Source: Gammaproteobacteria bacterium (lineage in GTDB: Bacteria > Pseudomonadota > Gammaproteobacteria > Arenicellales > Poriferihabitantaceae). Taken from it: a stretch of DNA of 40,650 bases. The first letter of the stretch is position 1. Each line of letters starts with the position of its first letter. Below, one piece after another: positions 28,247-36,844 of the stretch. The position numbers were made by a program, and so were the translations under genes. The stretch is taken from assembly GCA_028817015.1 (NCBI GenBank), contig JAPPQJ010000021.1, forward strand, positions 1 to 40,650, written 5' to 3'. The notes beneath the pieces are model-generated. The model had not been told where the DNA came from, searched no databases, and worked only from the letters and a program-made list of their open reading frames with translations.

Positions 28247-30007
28247 TCAGCCGGCGGCTTTAATCTCCAGCAAATACATCACCGTTACCTGTTCATCGGC
28301 GCCGAAGGTGAAGTGATAGGCGTCCGACAACTCCTCGACCCGCTGGATTTGTTCGAGGTGGCGGTGGAACACCGGGTTGAATTGATACAGGTTGAAATCC
28401 GCCACGCGCGCGGTGTAGCCGTGTTGTTCGAGGAGTTTTTCGGTGCGGTGGGCGCCAAGGATGGAGATTTGCATCACATAGGCGAGGCCGCCGGGTTCCA
28501 GGTAGTGGGGCAGTTGCGAGATGAGGTGGTCGAGCAGGTTGCGGCCCCAGTAATCGACATCGCGGTGGCCGCTGTATTGCCCGCGCGGGTCGGTCGGCAT
28601 CTGGTATAGGCTGGCCACGACCAGGTCGAACTTGTGCGCCGGCGTGAACGAATACAAATCTTCGGCGACCCCGGTGATCTTGTCGGCGACGCCGTTGCGA
28701 AAGGCGTTGGTCAGGGTGTTGTCGATGGCCGCCTGCTGGATGTCCACGGCGGTTACTTCGGTGGCGCCGTTCAACGCCAACTGAATGGCCAGGATGCCGA
28801 CGCCACAGCCGATGTCCAGGCAGCGCTTGCCCTCGCCGACCGTGCCGTTGAACAGGTATTTCCAAATCAGGTAACTGCCCTGGGTGGGCATGAACACGCC
28901 GGGGTCGACCACGATGGCGGGCAGCGGCAGCGGAAACAGCGGCCGCCCGGTGGCGTCTCGCCAGCGGTTGGTTAAGGCCTCGGGCGGCTCCCGGTCCGGC
29001 CCGGACTCCGAATCCCTCACATCCCGGCGCGCCCGCCCCCGGCCCCGCGGCATGTCCGCCACGCGCGCGCTCAGCAGGCCGATTTCCTCCGGCCCCACGC
29101 CGCAACAGCCGCCGATGATGTGCGCGCCCTCGGCGCGCCACGCCAGGGCCTGTTCGACGAATGCCTCGGGGCCGGTGTGGGGGTCGAACTTCCAGCCCGA
29201 CTCGACATAACGGCCGACATTGGGATACACGCCAAGCGGCAGGTCGGTGAAATCGCGCAGCCACGGCAGCGTGCCGCCGACCCGTTGCATCGGCAGGCAG
29301 TTGATCAGCAACGCCTCGGCTCCGGCCTTTTCCAGTTGCCGCGCCAGCCTGCCGAAGCGGTCGCCTTCCGGCCCGCCCCACAATTGTCCGTGAATGCCGC
29401 ACAGCCCCTGGCGGCAGCGCCGGAAACTGACCCACACCGGCCAGCCGCGCTCGATGAGTTTCTCGATGCTCGGCAGGGTTAGATTGTCGCCGATCATGGA
29501 CAGCGTCTCGAACAGCACCAGGTCCGGCGGGTCGTGCTTAAACAACCGCAGCAGCAGATCGACGGTGGTCGCCTGCGCTTCGCTTTCTATATCCCCGCCG
29601 ATGCTGAACGCGACCGCCACCCGGCCCTGTTTGCCGGCCTGCGCAATCGCCCGGCGCGGCAGTTCAATGGCGGTTCGCGCCATGTCCATCCAGTGCGCCG
29701 GGTGCCCCCGGTCGGTGTGGTGGCGGCCGGTATACGACGGCGCTTCCAGAATCGAATAGGTGTTGGTGGTTAGAATGTCGGCGCCGGCGTCCAGGTAGGA
29801 GCGATGCACATCGAGCACCGCCGCCGGCGAATCGTGCAGCGCGTCGAATCCCCAGTGCGCGTCATCGCTCAGGTGAAAGCCGCCGGCGCCGAGGCGCTGC
29901 AATTCGGTGGCGATGGCGCCGTCCAAAATCACGCACTGATCCTCGGCAATGCGCCGGCGGATGCGGGCGATGGCGGAGTCGGGCCGGGCCGGCGAATCGC
30001 GGCTCAT
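28247..30007 (-). CDS. Fusion of homocysteine S-methyltransferase (MmuM/BHMT family) and class I SAM-dependent methyltransferase
   Basis: N-domain: ILDGAIATEL, HRSYLDAGADILTTNTY, FET, INC, GVYPN, IIGGCCG.GPE.I. C-domain: GVF.PT, LDIGCGVGILAI, AVDI, FDLVVASLYQMP, YLEPGG. Single uninterrupted frame. Start at ATG 30007 or TTG 30013. Confidence 0.85.
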   Translation of the reverse strand: MSRDSPARPDSAIARIRRRIAEDQCVILDGAIATELQRLGAGGFHLSDDAHWGFDALHDSPAAVLDVHRSYLDAGADILTTNTYSILEAPSYTGRHHTDRGHPAHWMDMARTAIELPRRAIAQAGKQGRVAVAFSIGGDIESEAQATTVDLLLRLFKHDPPDLVLFETLSMIGDNLTLPSIEKLIERGWPVWVSFRRCRQGLCGIHGQLWGGPEGDRFGRLARQLEKAGAEALLINCLPMQRVGGTLPWLRDFTDLPLGVYPNVGRYVESGWKFDPHTGPEAFVEQALAWRAEGAHIIGGCCGVGPEEIGLLSARVADMPRGRGRARRDVRDSESGPDREPPEALTNRWRDATGRPLFPLPLPAIVVDPGVFMPTQGSYLIWKYLFNGTVGEGKRCLDIGCGVGILAIQLALNGATEVTAVDIQQAAIDNTLTNAFRNGVADKITGVAEDLYSFTPAHKFDLVVASLYQMPTDPRGQYSGHRDVDYWGRNLLDHLISQLPHYLEPGGLAYVMQISILGAHRTEKLLEQHGYTARVADFNLYQFNPVFHRHLEQIQRVEELSDAYHFTFGADEQVTVMYLLEIKAAG

Positions 30008-30130
30008 CTGCAAGGGGGCGTCGGTGATGTTGTCATGTCAAATGCGCTGATGCGGGGGCGCCTGCCGGCAACCTGCGATTAGTCGAATGGGGGGCGGCCG
30101 CGGTTCTAATCTCCGCCCGGCGGGTTGAAT

Positions 30131-30179
30131 TTCCCTCCCCCTTGATCCCTCTCCCACAGGGAAAGGGCCGGAGAGAGGG
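30131..30179. repeat. Degenerate CCCTCTCCC...GGGAGAGGG-type palindromic intergenic element
   Basis: CCCTCTCCC-ACA-GGGAAAGGG hairpin (30147-30167) flanked by TTCCCTCCCC and GGAGAGAGGG. Resembles dispersed REP/RIME-like elements. Only one copy in the window. Confidence 0.45.
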
Positions 30180-30277
30180 CGGCGCAACGAAGAAAAGCCG
30201 CTGGACGCATGGCGAGGCGGTTGGCGGGCGACGAGTCAGCGGCCATGCTCGGTCGCCGCGCGGCAAAGCGGCGCAGG

Positions 30278-30598
30278 CTAATGCCCGCCGGCGTTCGACC
30301 CGCCCAGGCACGGCGGCGAATCGGCGACCCGCCCGCCGCGTTCGCTCCATTCGTCGGGCGTCAGGGTGTGCAACGCCAGCGCGTGTATCGAAGACGACAA
30401 TTCCTGCGCCAACAACTGGTTGACCATGCGGTGGCGGGCCAGCAACGGCTGGTCGTCAAAACGCGGCGACACCACGGTCACCTTGAAATGCGATTGCGCG
30501 CCCGGCGGCACATTGTGCTTGTGGCTCTCGTTCTCCACTTGCACCCAGCGCGGCTGCAACGCGCGCAGTTTGCTTTCAATCACGGACTGCATGTTCAT
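30278..30598 (-). CDS. bolA: BolA family protein
   Basis: IE.KL..L.P....VENESH.HNVP.G..SHFKV.VVS..F....L.RHR.VN..L..EL...IHALALHT.TP.EW...SPPCLGG. Confidence 0.93.
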   Translation of the reverse strand: MNMQSVIESKLRALQPRWVQVENESHKHNVPPGAQSHFKVTVVSPRFDDQPLLARHRMVNQLLAQELSSSIHALALHTLTPDEWSERGGRVADSPPCLGGSNAGGH

Positions 30599-30668
30599 CG
30601 GGCTGGCCGGTAGTCGAGGAGGCGCCATTATAAGCGACTGCGCGGGTTGATTGGGGCGGCTCCGCCAC

Positions 30669-31982
30669 TCACCCGGTGGCGGCAAAAGCCCGGCACGCGG
30701 CGTCCAAAGCGCGCACAGTCTGCTCCAGGTCCGCTTGATCGTGCGCCACCGACACAAAACGCCGCACTCCCGGCAGGATGTACTGCCCCTGCTTCATCAA
30801 CGCCGCATCCAGGCGCTGCATGGCCGCCGCATCGCCGGCTGACAAATCGGCCTGACAGGCGGGCGGCTGGGGCATGAACAGGATTTGCCACAGCGAGCCG
30901 GTGTTGCAAGCGATGGCGGGCAGGCCGTGCGCGTTCAGCACCGCCTGGCATTCCCGGCACAATTCATCGGCATAGCGGTTCAGGCGCTGATAGACGCCGG
31001 GGGCCGACAATTCATCGAGCAACGCCAGGGTGGCCGCGGCGGCGACCGGATTGCCGTGCAAGGTGCCGTTGAAATAGGTGAATTTGTCCTCGCCTTTGCG
31101 CCTTGGGTTGGCCTGGTCGATGATTTCCGCCGGCCCGGCGATGCACGACAACGGGCCGCCGGCGCCGACCACCTTGCCGTAGGTGGCCAAATCGGGTTTA
31201 ACCTCATACCAGCCCTGCGCCCCGCCGGGCCCCAGGCGGAAGCCGGTAACCACTTCGTCGAGAATCAGCAGGATGTCGTTGCGGTCGCACAGGATGCGCA
31301 GCCCGCGCAGGAATTCGGGGCGCGCCGGAATGATTCGCTGCACGCCTTCGGCGATAACGGCGGCGATGTCACGGCCGTGTTCGGAGACGATTTTGCCGAC
31401 CGCCTCGAGGTCGTTGTAGGGCGCCACTAACACGGTCGAGGTGGTGGCCGGCGGCTGACCAAAAGAATCGGCGCGGGCGGCCGCATGGCTGCCGGGCGCG
31501 GGGAAGGTGGAGACCAGCGCGTAGTCGTGGTTGCCGTGATAGGCGCCCTCGAACTTAAGGATTTTGTCCCGCCCGGTGAACGCCCGGGCCAGGCGCATGG
31601 CGTACGCGGTGGCCTCCGAGCCGGTGGTGGCATAGACGATTTTCTCGGCGCACGGGATGTCGCGCACCAGGCGCGCGGCCAGCGCGATGGCGGGCCCGGT
31701 CAGCGAGCCGAAGACATGCGCGCCGCGCGCCAGTTGCTGCTGGGCCGCCCGCACCACCGCCGGATGCGAATGCCCCAAAATCAGCGCGCCGGCGCCGCCG
31801 ACATAATCGATGTATTGGTTGCCATCGACATCCCACATCTTTGAGCCGCGGGCGTGGGAAAACACCAGGCGAATGTCGTCCGCCAGCGCATAAGCGCCGA
31901 GCCCGGCGCCCGGCAGGCAGCGCTCGGCGGTGGCCAGCAAATCAGCGCCGCATTGCACCGGCGCCAGGGCGGGTTTGGTCAT
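30669..31982 (-). CDS. Class III PLP-dependent aminotransferase, HemL-like paralog
   Basis: WDVDGNQYIDY..G.GALILGH, TGSEAT.YA.RLARAFTGR, KFEGAYHG.HD, LILDEVVTGFR, DLATYGK, GTLHGNP. Lacks the Hem[10 protein letters not shown] motif. Confidence 0.88.
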   Translation of the reverse strand: MTKPALAPVQCGADLLATAERCLPGAGLGAYALADDIRLVFSHARGSKMWDVDGNQYIDYVGGAGALILGHSHPAVVRAAQQQLARGAHVFGSLTGPAIALAARLVRDIPCAEKIVYATTGSEATAYAMRLARAFTGRDKILKFEGAYHGNHDYALVSTFPAPGSHAAARADSFGQPPATTSTVLVAPYNDLEAVGKIVSEHGRDIAAVIAEGVQRIIPARPEFLRGLRILCDRNDILLILDEVVTGFRLGPGGAQGWYEVKPDLATYGKVVGAGGPLSCIAGPAEIIDQANPRRKGEDKFTYFNGTLHGNPVAAAATLALLDELSAPGVYQRLNRYADELCRECQAVLNAHGLPAIACNTGSLWQILFMPQPPACQADLSAGDAAAMQRLDAALMKQGQYILPGVRRFVSVAHDQADLEQTVRALDAACRAFAATG

Positions 31983-32038
31983 TGGGATTCCTCCGTTGGG
32001 GTGAAATGAGATGAGCGCGGGCGGCGCTTGGGGGCGGC

Positions 32039-33148
32039 CTATTCATAAACCGCCACCGCGGCGCCCAGCAGGTCCGCATCCGGGGCCACGCCCAGGCCCG
32101 GCAACTCCGGGGCAATGGCGCTGTGGCCGCCGGTATTGCGCGAGCCGCGGCCGGGGGCGGTGTCAACGCTCAGCATTTCCTGGCACAGCCAGGTGCCGAG
32201 CCGGTTTTCCGCGGGGATGGATTGGGCGAAATGCTGCGCGGCGGTGTCGGCGATGACGCTGCCTCCGGTCTCCATCGCCAGCATCTGGATGCCCGCCGAC
32301 AGCGCCGCATCGCGGATGCGCCGCGACTTGGTCAGGCCGCCGCAGCGGTTGATCTTGATGTTGACGATTTCGCCGATGCGCTCGGCGATAATGCGCTGCA
32401 TGTCGGGCAGGGTTTCCAGGCGCTCGTCTATGGAGATGGGTTGCAGGGTGCGGGCGCGAACGGCGGCGCATTGAGCCAGCGACTCGCACGGTTGCTCGAT
32501 GATGACCGGCAGCGCGCGCACCGCATTCATCACCCGCACCGCCTGGGCCGGCAGCCAGGCGCGGTTGACGTCGTAGATCATCACCTCGCCCTCGTCGCGC
32601 TCGGCCTCAAGGCGGCGGATACGCTCGATATCGACCTCGGCATCGGCGCCGATTTTGGCCGAGTGAAGGCGGTAGCCGCGGCTGCGGTATTGGCGGATAT
32701 GCGCCAACATTTGCGCCGGCGTGCCGGTTGGAATGCTGGATGCGATGGGAGTCGGCCGGGCGTCGCCGCCGCCCAGCAGGTCGGCAATCGGCAGGCCGGC
32801 CGACTGGCCGAAGACATCCCAGCAGGCGATGTCAAACGGCGATTTGGCGTATTCATGGCCGGGCAGGGTGATGTCCATCACGCGGTTGACCTGGTCGAGG
32901 CGGCGCGGGTCCATGCCTAACAACGCCGGTGCCAGCAACTTCGCCGCCGCGCGAATGCCGCCGCCGTGGGCCGGCAGATAGGTGTGCCCCCACGGGCAGC
33001 CTTCGCCCCAGCCGGTCAAGCCGTCGTCGGTGTCGAGCCGCACAAAAGTGGAATCCAGACGCTCGAAGCGCAGCCGGCCGCCGGACAGCCGGTATGGCTC
33101 CTTTAGCGGCAGGGTTTTGCGGTGGATGGCGATGCGGCGGATTTTCAT
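32039..33148 (-). CDS. Mandelate racemase/muconate lactonizing enzyme family protein (HpbD / cis-3-hydroxyproline dehydratase-like clade)
   Basis: GWGEGCPWG.TYLPAH, AKSPFDIACWD, SAKIG, YDVNRAW, IEQPC, DE, NIKINRCGGLTK. Exact substrate unknown. Confidence 0.85.
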   Translation of the reverse strand: MKIRRIAIHRKTLPLKEPYRLSGGRLRFERLDSTFVRLDTDDGLTGWGEGCPWGHTYLPAHGGGIRAAAKLLAPALLGMDPRRLDQVNRVMDITLPGHEYAKSPFDIACWDVFGQSAGLPIADLLGGGDARPTPIASSIPTGTPAQMLAHIRQYRSRGYRLHSAKIGADAEVDIERIRRLEAERDEGEVMIYDVNRAWLPAQAVRVMNAVRALPVIIEQPCESLAQCAAVRARTLQPISIDERLETLPDMQRIIAERIGEIVNIKINRCGGLTKSRRIRDAALSAGIQMLAMETGGSVIADTAAQHFAQSIPAENRLGTWLCQEMLSVDTAPGRGSRNTGGHSAIAPELPGLGVAPDADLLGAAVAVYE

Positions 33149-33154
33149 GCGCGC

Positions 33155-34288
33155 TCAGGCCGGCGGCGGGTCAACCGCCTCGCGCAGCCAGCCGTGCAGG
33201 ACGGCGATGGCGTGTTCGTTGCCGATGCCGCCGTTCGGGTCGATCATCAGCGGGCCGGGTTGGAAGCCGCGGCTGCGTATTCCGCGTTGCACGCCGCTGA
33301 CCAGTTTCAGGTCCTCGGCGAAGGTGGTTTCCCGGTCCAGGTCGATGATCTTTTGCAGTTGCGCGCTGACCGCCCCGCGCGACGAATACCAGGTGCGGTG
33401 CACTTCGGTGTCATCGACCGCCAGCGGCCGCCAGTGATAACTGTTGACCACGCCGCCGGGGTATACCTGCAGCGAAAACGCCGGCCACAGATAGAAACTG
33501 CCGTACTCGGAGCCGGACATGTCATACCAGGCGCGCGCGCTGCTGGTGGCCCGGGAGGTGTGCCGCAGGCAGCGGCCGCCGCCAAACGGCGCGATGTTAT
33601 AAGAGGCGGGGTCGATGACGCCTTCGGCAAAATGACGGTGCGCGCTCTTGCAATGGTAGCACTCGTTGTAGTTCTCCACCGCGATAGCCCAGTTGCATTG
33701 CTCGCTGGCCGCGAAGGTGTGCGCCAGGGCGCGCGCTTCAAGGTCCGGGCACAACGCCAGTGCCGCGTCGCGCACCCCCGGATAGCAGGCGTCCATCGGC
33801 GCGGCGCGGTCGTCGAGGTTGACGAATACCAGGCCCAGAAACACCTCCAGCGCGACCTCGCGCAGGCTGATGTTGCGCCGCTCAAAACCGGCCACATGAT
33901 GCGCATTGGGCGCGCCGCGCAAGCGCCCGTCCAATTCGTAACTCCAGGCGTGATACGGGCAGACCAGGGTCTCGCAGTGGCCGGCCATGCGCGCCCGGCC
34001 GCCGCTGTCCACCAGCGGGTGGCCGCGGTGCCGGCAGACGTTGTAAAACGCGCGCAGTTTGGCGTCGCGCCCGCGAATGACCAACAACATCTGCTCGCAA
34101 AGCGACAACGCGATGTAATCGCCGGCCTCCCGGACTTCGCTGACGTGGCACGCATATTGCCAGGTGCGAAAAAAGATCCGCTCGCGGGCGCGGGCAAAGA
34201 TTTCGCGGTCGGTGAAATACTCCGCCGGCAGGCCGGTTGCGGGCACCGCGTCAACGGCGGCGCCGGTTTCCGGGGCCTGGCGTTTCAT
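33155..34288 (-). CDS. Rieske non-heme iron oxygenase, CntA/choline monooxygenase-like
   Basis: Rieske NVCRHRGH...CPYHAWSY.LDG.L, mononuclear site ENYNECYHC..AH, C-terminal ED..LV..VQRG..SRG. Start at 34288 or 34318. Confidence 0.88.
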   Translation of the reverse strand: MKRQAPETGAAVDAVPATGLPAEYFTDREIFARARERIFFRTWQYACHVSEVREAGDYIALSLCEQMLLVIRGRDAKLRAFYNVCRHRGHPLVDSGGRARMAGHCETLVCPYHAWSYELDGRLRGAPNAHHVAGFERRNISLREVALEVFLGLVFVNLDDRAAPMDACYPGVRDAALALCPDLEARALAHTFAASEQCNWAIAVENYNECYHCKSAHRHFAEGVIDPASYNIAPFGGGRCLRHTSRATSSARAWYDMSGSEYGSFYLWPAFSLQVYPGGVVNSYHWRPLAVDDTEVHRTWYSSRGAVSAQLQKIIDLDRETTFAEDLKLVSGVQRGIRSRGFQPGPLMIDPNGGIGNEHAIAVLHGWLREAVDPPPA

Positions 34289-34446
34289 TCGCGCCGGCGG
34301 TTTGTCGCCTGCAACCATTGAATGTGGCATCGGGTGCGGGTCATGGCCTGGGGAGAATCTATCACAAGGGCGCGCCGGCGGCGGGTTTGCAACCGGCCAC
34401 CGCGCTTGCCGGGTTTTTTGACGGCCGCCGGAAACGCTCCCCCCAA

Positions 34447-35562
34447 TCAACGCCCCGCCGGGCAATGCGCCGCCGGGTCGGCGCGCGCCGCTGAGGGCGG
34501 ATGGGTGGACAGGAATTCCAGCAGGCGCGCGGCGGCCCCGGCGTCTTCGTCGGCGTATCGGTCGGCCGGGTTCGGGGGGGTGTCCGGCGGCGCATCCTGC
34601 CATTGGCGATCGTCGTCTTCGATGCGCGCCAGGGCTTCGCCGAAGACCTCCCAGGCGATGCCCCTGGCGGCTAAGTAGCGGTAGGCGAAACAGTCGGCTT
34701 CGGTTTCAAAATTGCGCGAGTATTGCAACTGGGCCAGCACCACCGGGGCCAGGGCGAGGCCCGACACATCGCCGATCAACAGCCCGAACAGCGTGAGAAC
34801 GGAAGCGTTTTGAATCAACAGGCGCAGCGTGTGGCGGCCGCGGATGTGGCCGATCTCATGGGCGGCCACCGCTTTGATATGCTCGCTGTCGGGCATGATT
34901 TCCACCAGGCGGTCGGTCATCACCACGATCCCGGAGGGGAAGGCCAGGGCGTTGGCGGTGGGCGGGCCCCGGTGGCCGAACGAGAAGGTGTGCAGGCGCA
35001 GCCGGTAGTGGAATGGGTCGCCGCCGGCAAAATCGGCGGCGACTTCATCGAAGGCGGCCCGGGCGCGCGCCCGCTGCGTTTCGGACAACTTGCTCGGTTG
35101 CAGCCATTGGTAGTCCTGCAGGCGCTGGTAGAAATCGTCCCCGATCCGCGCCACCGCATCGCCCGGCAGGTTGGCGGCGACCAACTCGGCGGCTGCGGGA
35201 ATCCCGTGGCGCACCACCGCGACTGCGACCGCCAGCGCGAGGATCAGCAAAACCGGCGCCATCCACAGGCGGCTCTCCAGAAAATACAAAGCCCGCGCCG
35301 CGCGCCCGCCCAACGCACCGGCGCGGGCCGATTGGCGATCGATGAAATCGTTGTCGGCGATGCACGCCCAGCCGCCGCCGGGAAACTCCACCCGCCGCGG
35401 CACCCCGGCCAGGCGCGGCGACACCTGGATATCCCGCCACCGGGCGCGGTAGCGGCGGCCGTCGGCGCAGCGGATTTCAGCGTCTCCCGATTCGCTCAGC
35501 GAAAACGCCGCGGCGGTCTTGGCGGAGCAACCGGGCGCATACCAGTCGGCGGGGGTTTCCAT
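34447..35562 (-). CDS. M48 family metallopeptidase
   Basis: VSPRLAG.PRR.EFP.G, one TM segment, ANALAFPSG.VV.TD, AHEIGH (HExxH), YSR.FE.EAD, FLSTHP...R. Confidence 0.9.
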   Translation of the reverse strand: METPADWYAPGCSAKTAAAFSLSESGDAEIRCADGRRYRARWRDIQVSPRLAGVPRRVEFPGGGWACIADNDFIDRQSARAGALGGRAARALYFLESRLWMAPVLLILALAVAVAVVRHGIPAAAELVAANLPGDAVARIGDDFYQRLQDYQWLQPSKLSETQRARARAAFDEVAADFAGGDPFHYRLRLHTFSFGHRGPPTANALAFPSGIVVMTDRLVEIMPDSEHIKAVAAHEIGHIRGRHTLRLLIQNASVLTLFGLLIGDVSGLALAPVVLAQLQYSRNFETEADCFAYRYLAARGIAWEVFGEALARIEDDDRQWQDAPPDTPPNPADRYADEDAGAAARLLEFLSTHPPSAARADPAAHCPAGR

Positions 35563-35585
35563 CCTGAAGGCGGCGGCGGCGCGGC

Positions 35586-36734
35586 TTAAATCAGGCCGAC
35601 ATCGAAGTCGAACCCTTGGCCGGCGGCAAATTCGTCGCCGAAGGCGCTGCCCGCACGGGCGGTGTCGGCGAGCAGGAATTGCATGGCCTGCGGTTCGGTT
35701 TCCACCGCAAAATGGGCGGCGAGGTAGGCGGCACGGCGGATCCGCGTCCACGGAATCGCCAGCCCCAGGGTCAAGAGGGCGGCGAGCAGGTTGACCAGGC
35801 GGATGTGCAGCGCAAAACGCCACACCGAAATATCGCAGAGGATTCGCCCGCGCTGCGCCGTTACGCCGGCCCAGTAGAGTTTGAACAGCATCGAGGTGAG
35901 CAACAGCCAGGCGGTGACCAGGGCCAGGACCAGCAGCAGGATGTAGGCGGCAATCGCGTCGTACCATCCCAGCATCGCTTGCAGCCAGCCGGTGCTGAGA
36001 AATATCCAGCCGATGCCGGCCGCAACCGCGGCCGCGGCCAGCGGGAGCAGCCATAACGCGCACAAATATCCGCGCCGGCGCGCCGGGCGGAAGCCCAGTT
36101 CGGTGCGCCCGAGGCGGTGATGTTCGGCCTTGAAGCGGTGATAGGCGCGGCTGGTAAATGGCGCTGACACCCACACCCCGGCCAGCGCGGCCAGTACGGG
36201 CGCGACCACCAGCGGATACACCGACGCCAATTCGTTTTCCGGGGTCAGCAGGAGCGCCGCTATGTAATAGTTGAAGGCGATGATCAGCGCGGTTGCCGGC
36301 AGAAAAATCAGGTATAACCTCAGGTAGCGGCGCACAAAGCCGAAGCGAATCCCGCGATACGACGAGTTGCGGGCGTTGAACGCGAAGCCGCGCACCATCG
36401 CCCAGGGGAGCAGCAGGAACAGCAAAGACGAATGCACCGCCGAGCGCACCGCATCTTCGCCGGCGATGAACGAGCCGCCGACGATCAGCGCCACCAGCAC
36501 CAGGCGGGCGACTAAAATGCTGCGGGGGTCGGCGTGATATTCAAAATTGGCGCCGCCGAGCACCGTGGTGCCGTAAAAATACCGGCGGGTTCGCACCGTG
36601 GCCCACGGCGAATACAGGCCCAGGGTGATGATCGACAACAGGACGTTGACCAGCCAGATTTTGAAATACTCCGGGGTCTTGCCGCGGAATTCAAAACGGT
36701 GGATTTCCCGTTCGTCCCGTTGGGTTTGGGTCAT
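35586..36734 (-). CDS. YjgN / DUF898 family membrane protein
   Basis: FEFRG...EYFKIWLVN.LL.I.TLGLYSPWA.VR.RRYFY..T, RNSSYRGIRF.F, LTLGLA.PW, C-terminal G.DFDVG. Paired with M48. Start at 36734 or 36743. Confidence 0.9.
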   Translation of the reverse strand: MTQTQRDEREIHRFEFRGKTPEYFKIWLVNVLLSIITLGLYSPWATVRTRRYFYGTTVLGGANFEYHADPRSILVARLVLVALIVGGSFIAGEDAVRSAVHSSLLFLLLPWAMVRGFAFNARNSSYRGIRFGFVRRYLRLYLIFLPATALIIAFNYYIAALLLTPENELASVYPLVVAPVLAALAGVWVSAPFTSRAYHRFKAEHHRLGRTELGFRPARRRGYLCALWLLPLAAAAVAAGIGWIFLSTGWLQAMLGWYDAIAAYILLLVLALVTAWLLLTSMLFKLYWAGVTAQRGRILCDISVWRFALHIRLVNLLAALLTLGLAIPWTRIRRAAYLAAHFAVETEPQAMQFLLADTARAGSAFGDEFAAGQGFDFDVGLI

Positions 36735-36844
36735 GATGGTCATCGGCCGCGGGAGTGATCGATAAAGGATGGCCGCGCCGCTCCCTGTGCGCGAACTGCG
36801 CGGCAATGTATCATACTTCCCCGTTATCAACTGGCTTGTCGACC

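Noticed and set aside
34447-36174. 575 aa ORF suggesting an extended M48 peptidase
   Set aside because: The extension overlaps the YjgN gene in another frame and has non-protein-like composition.
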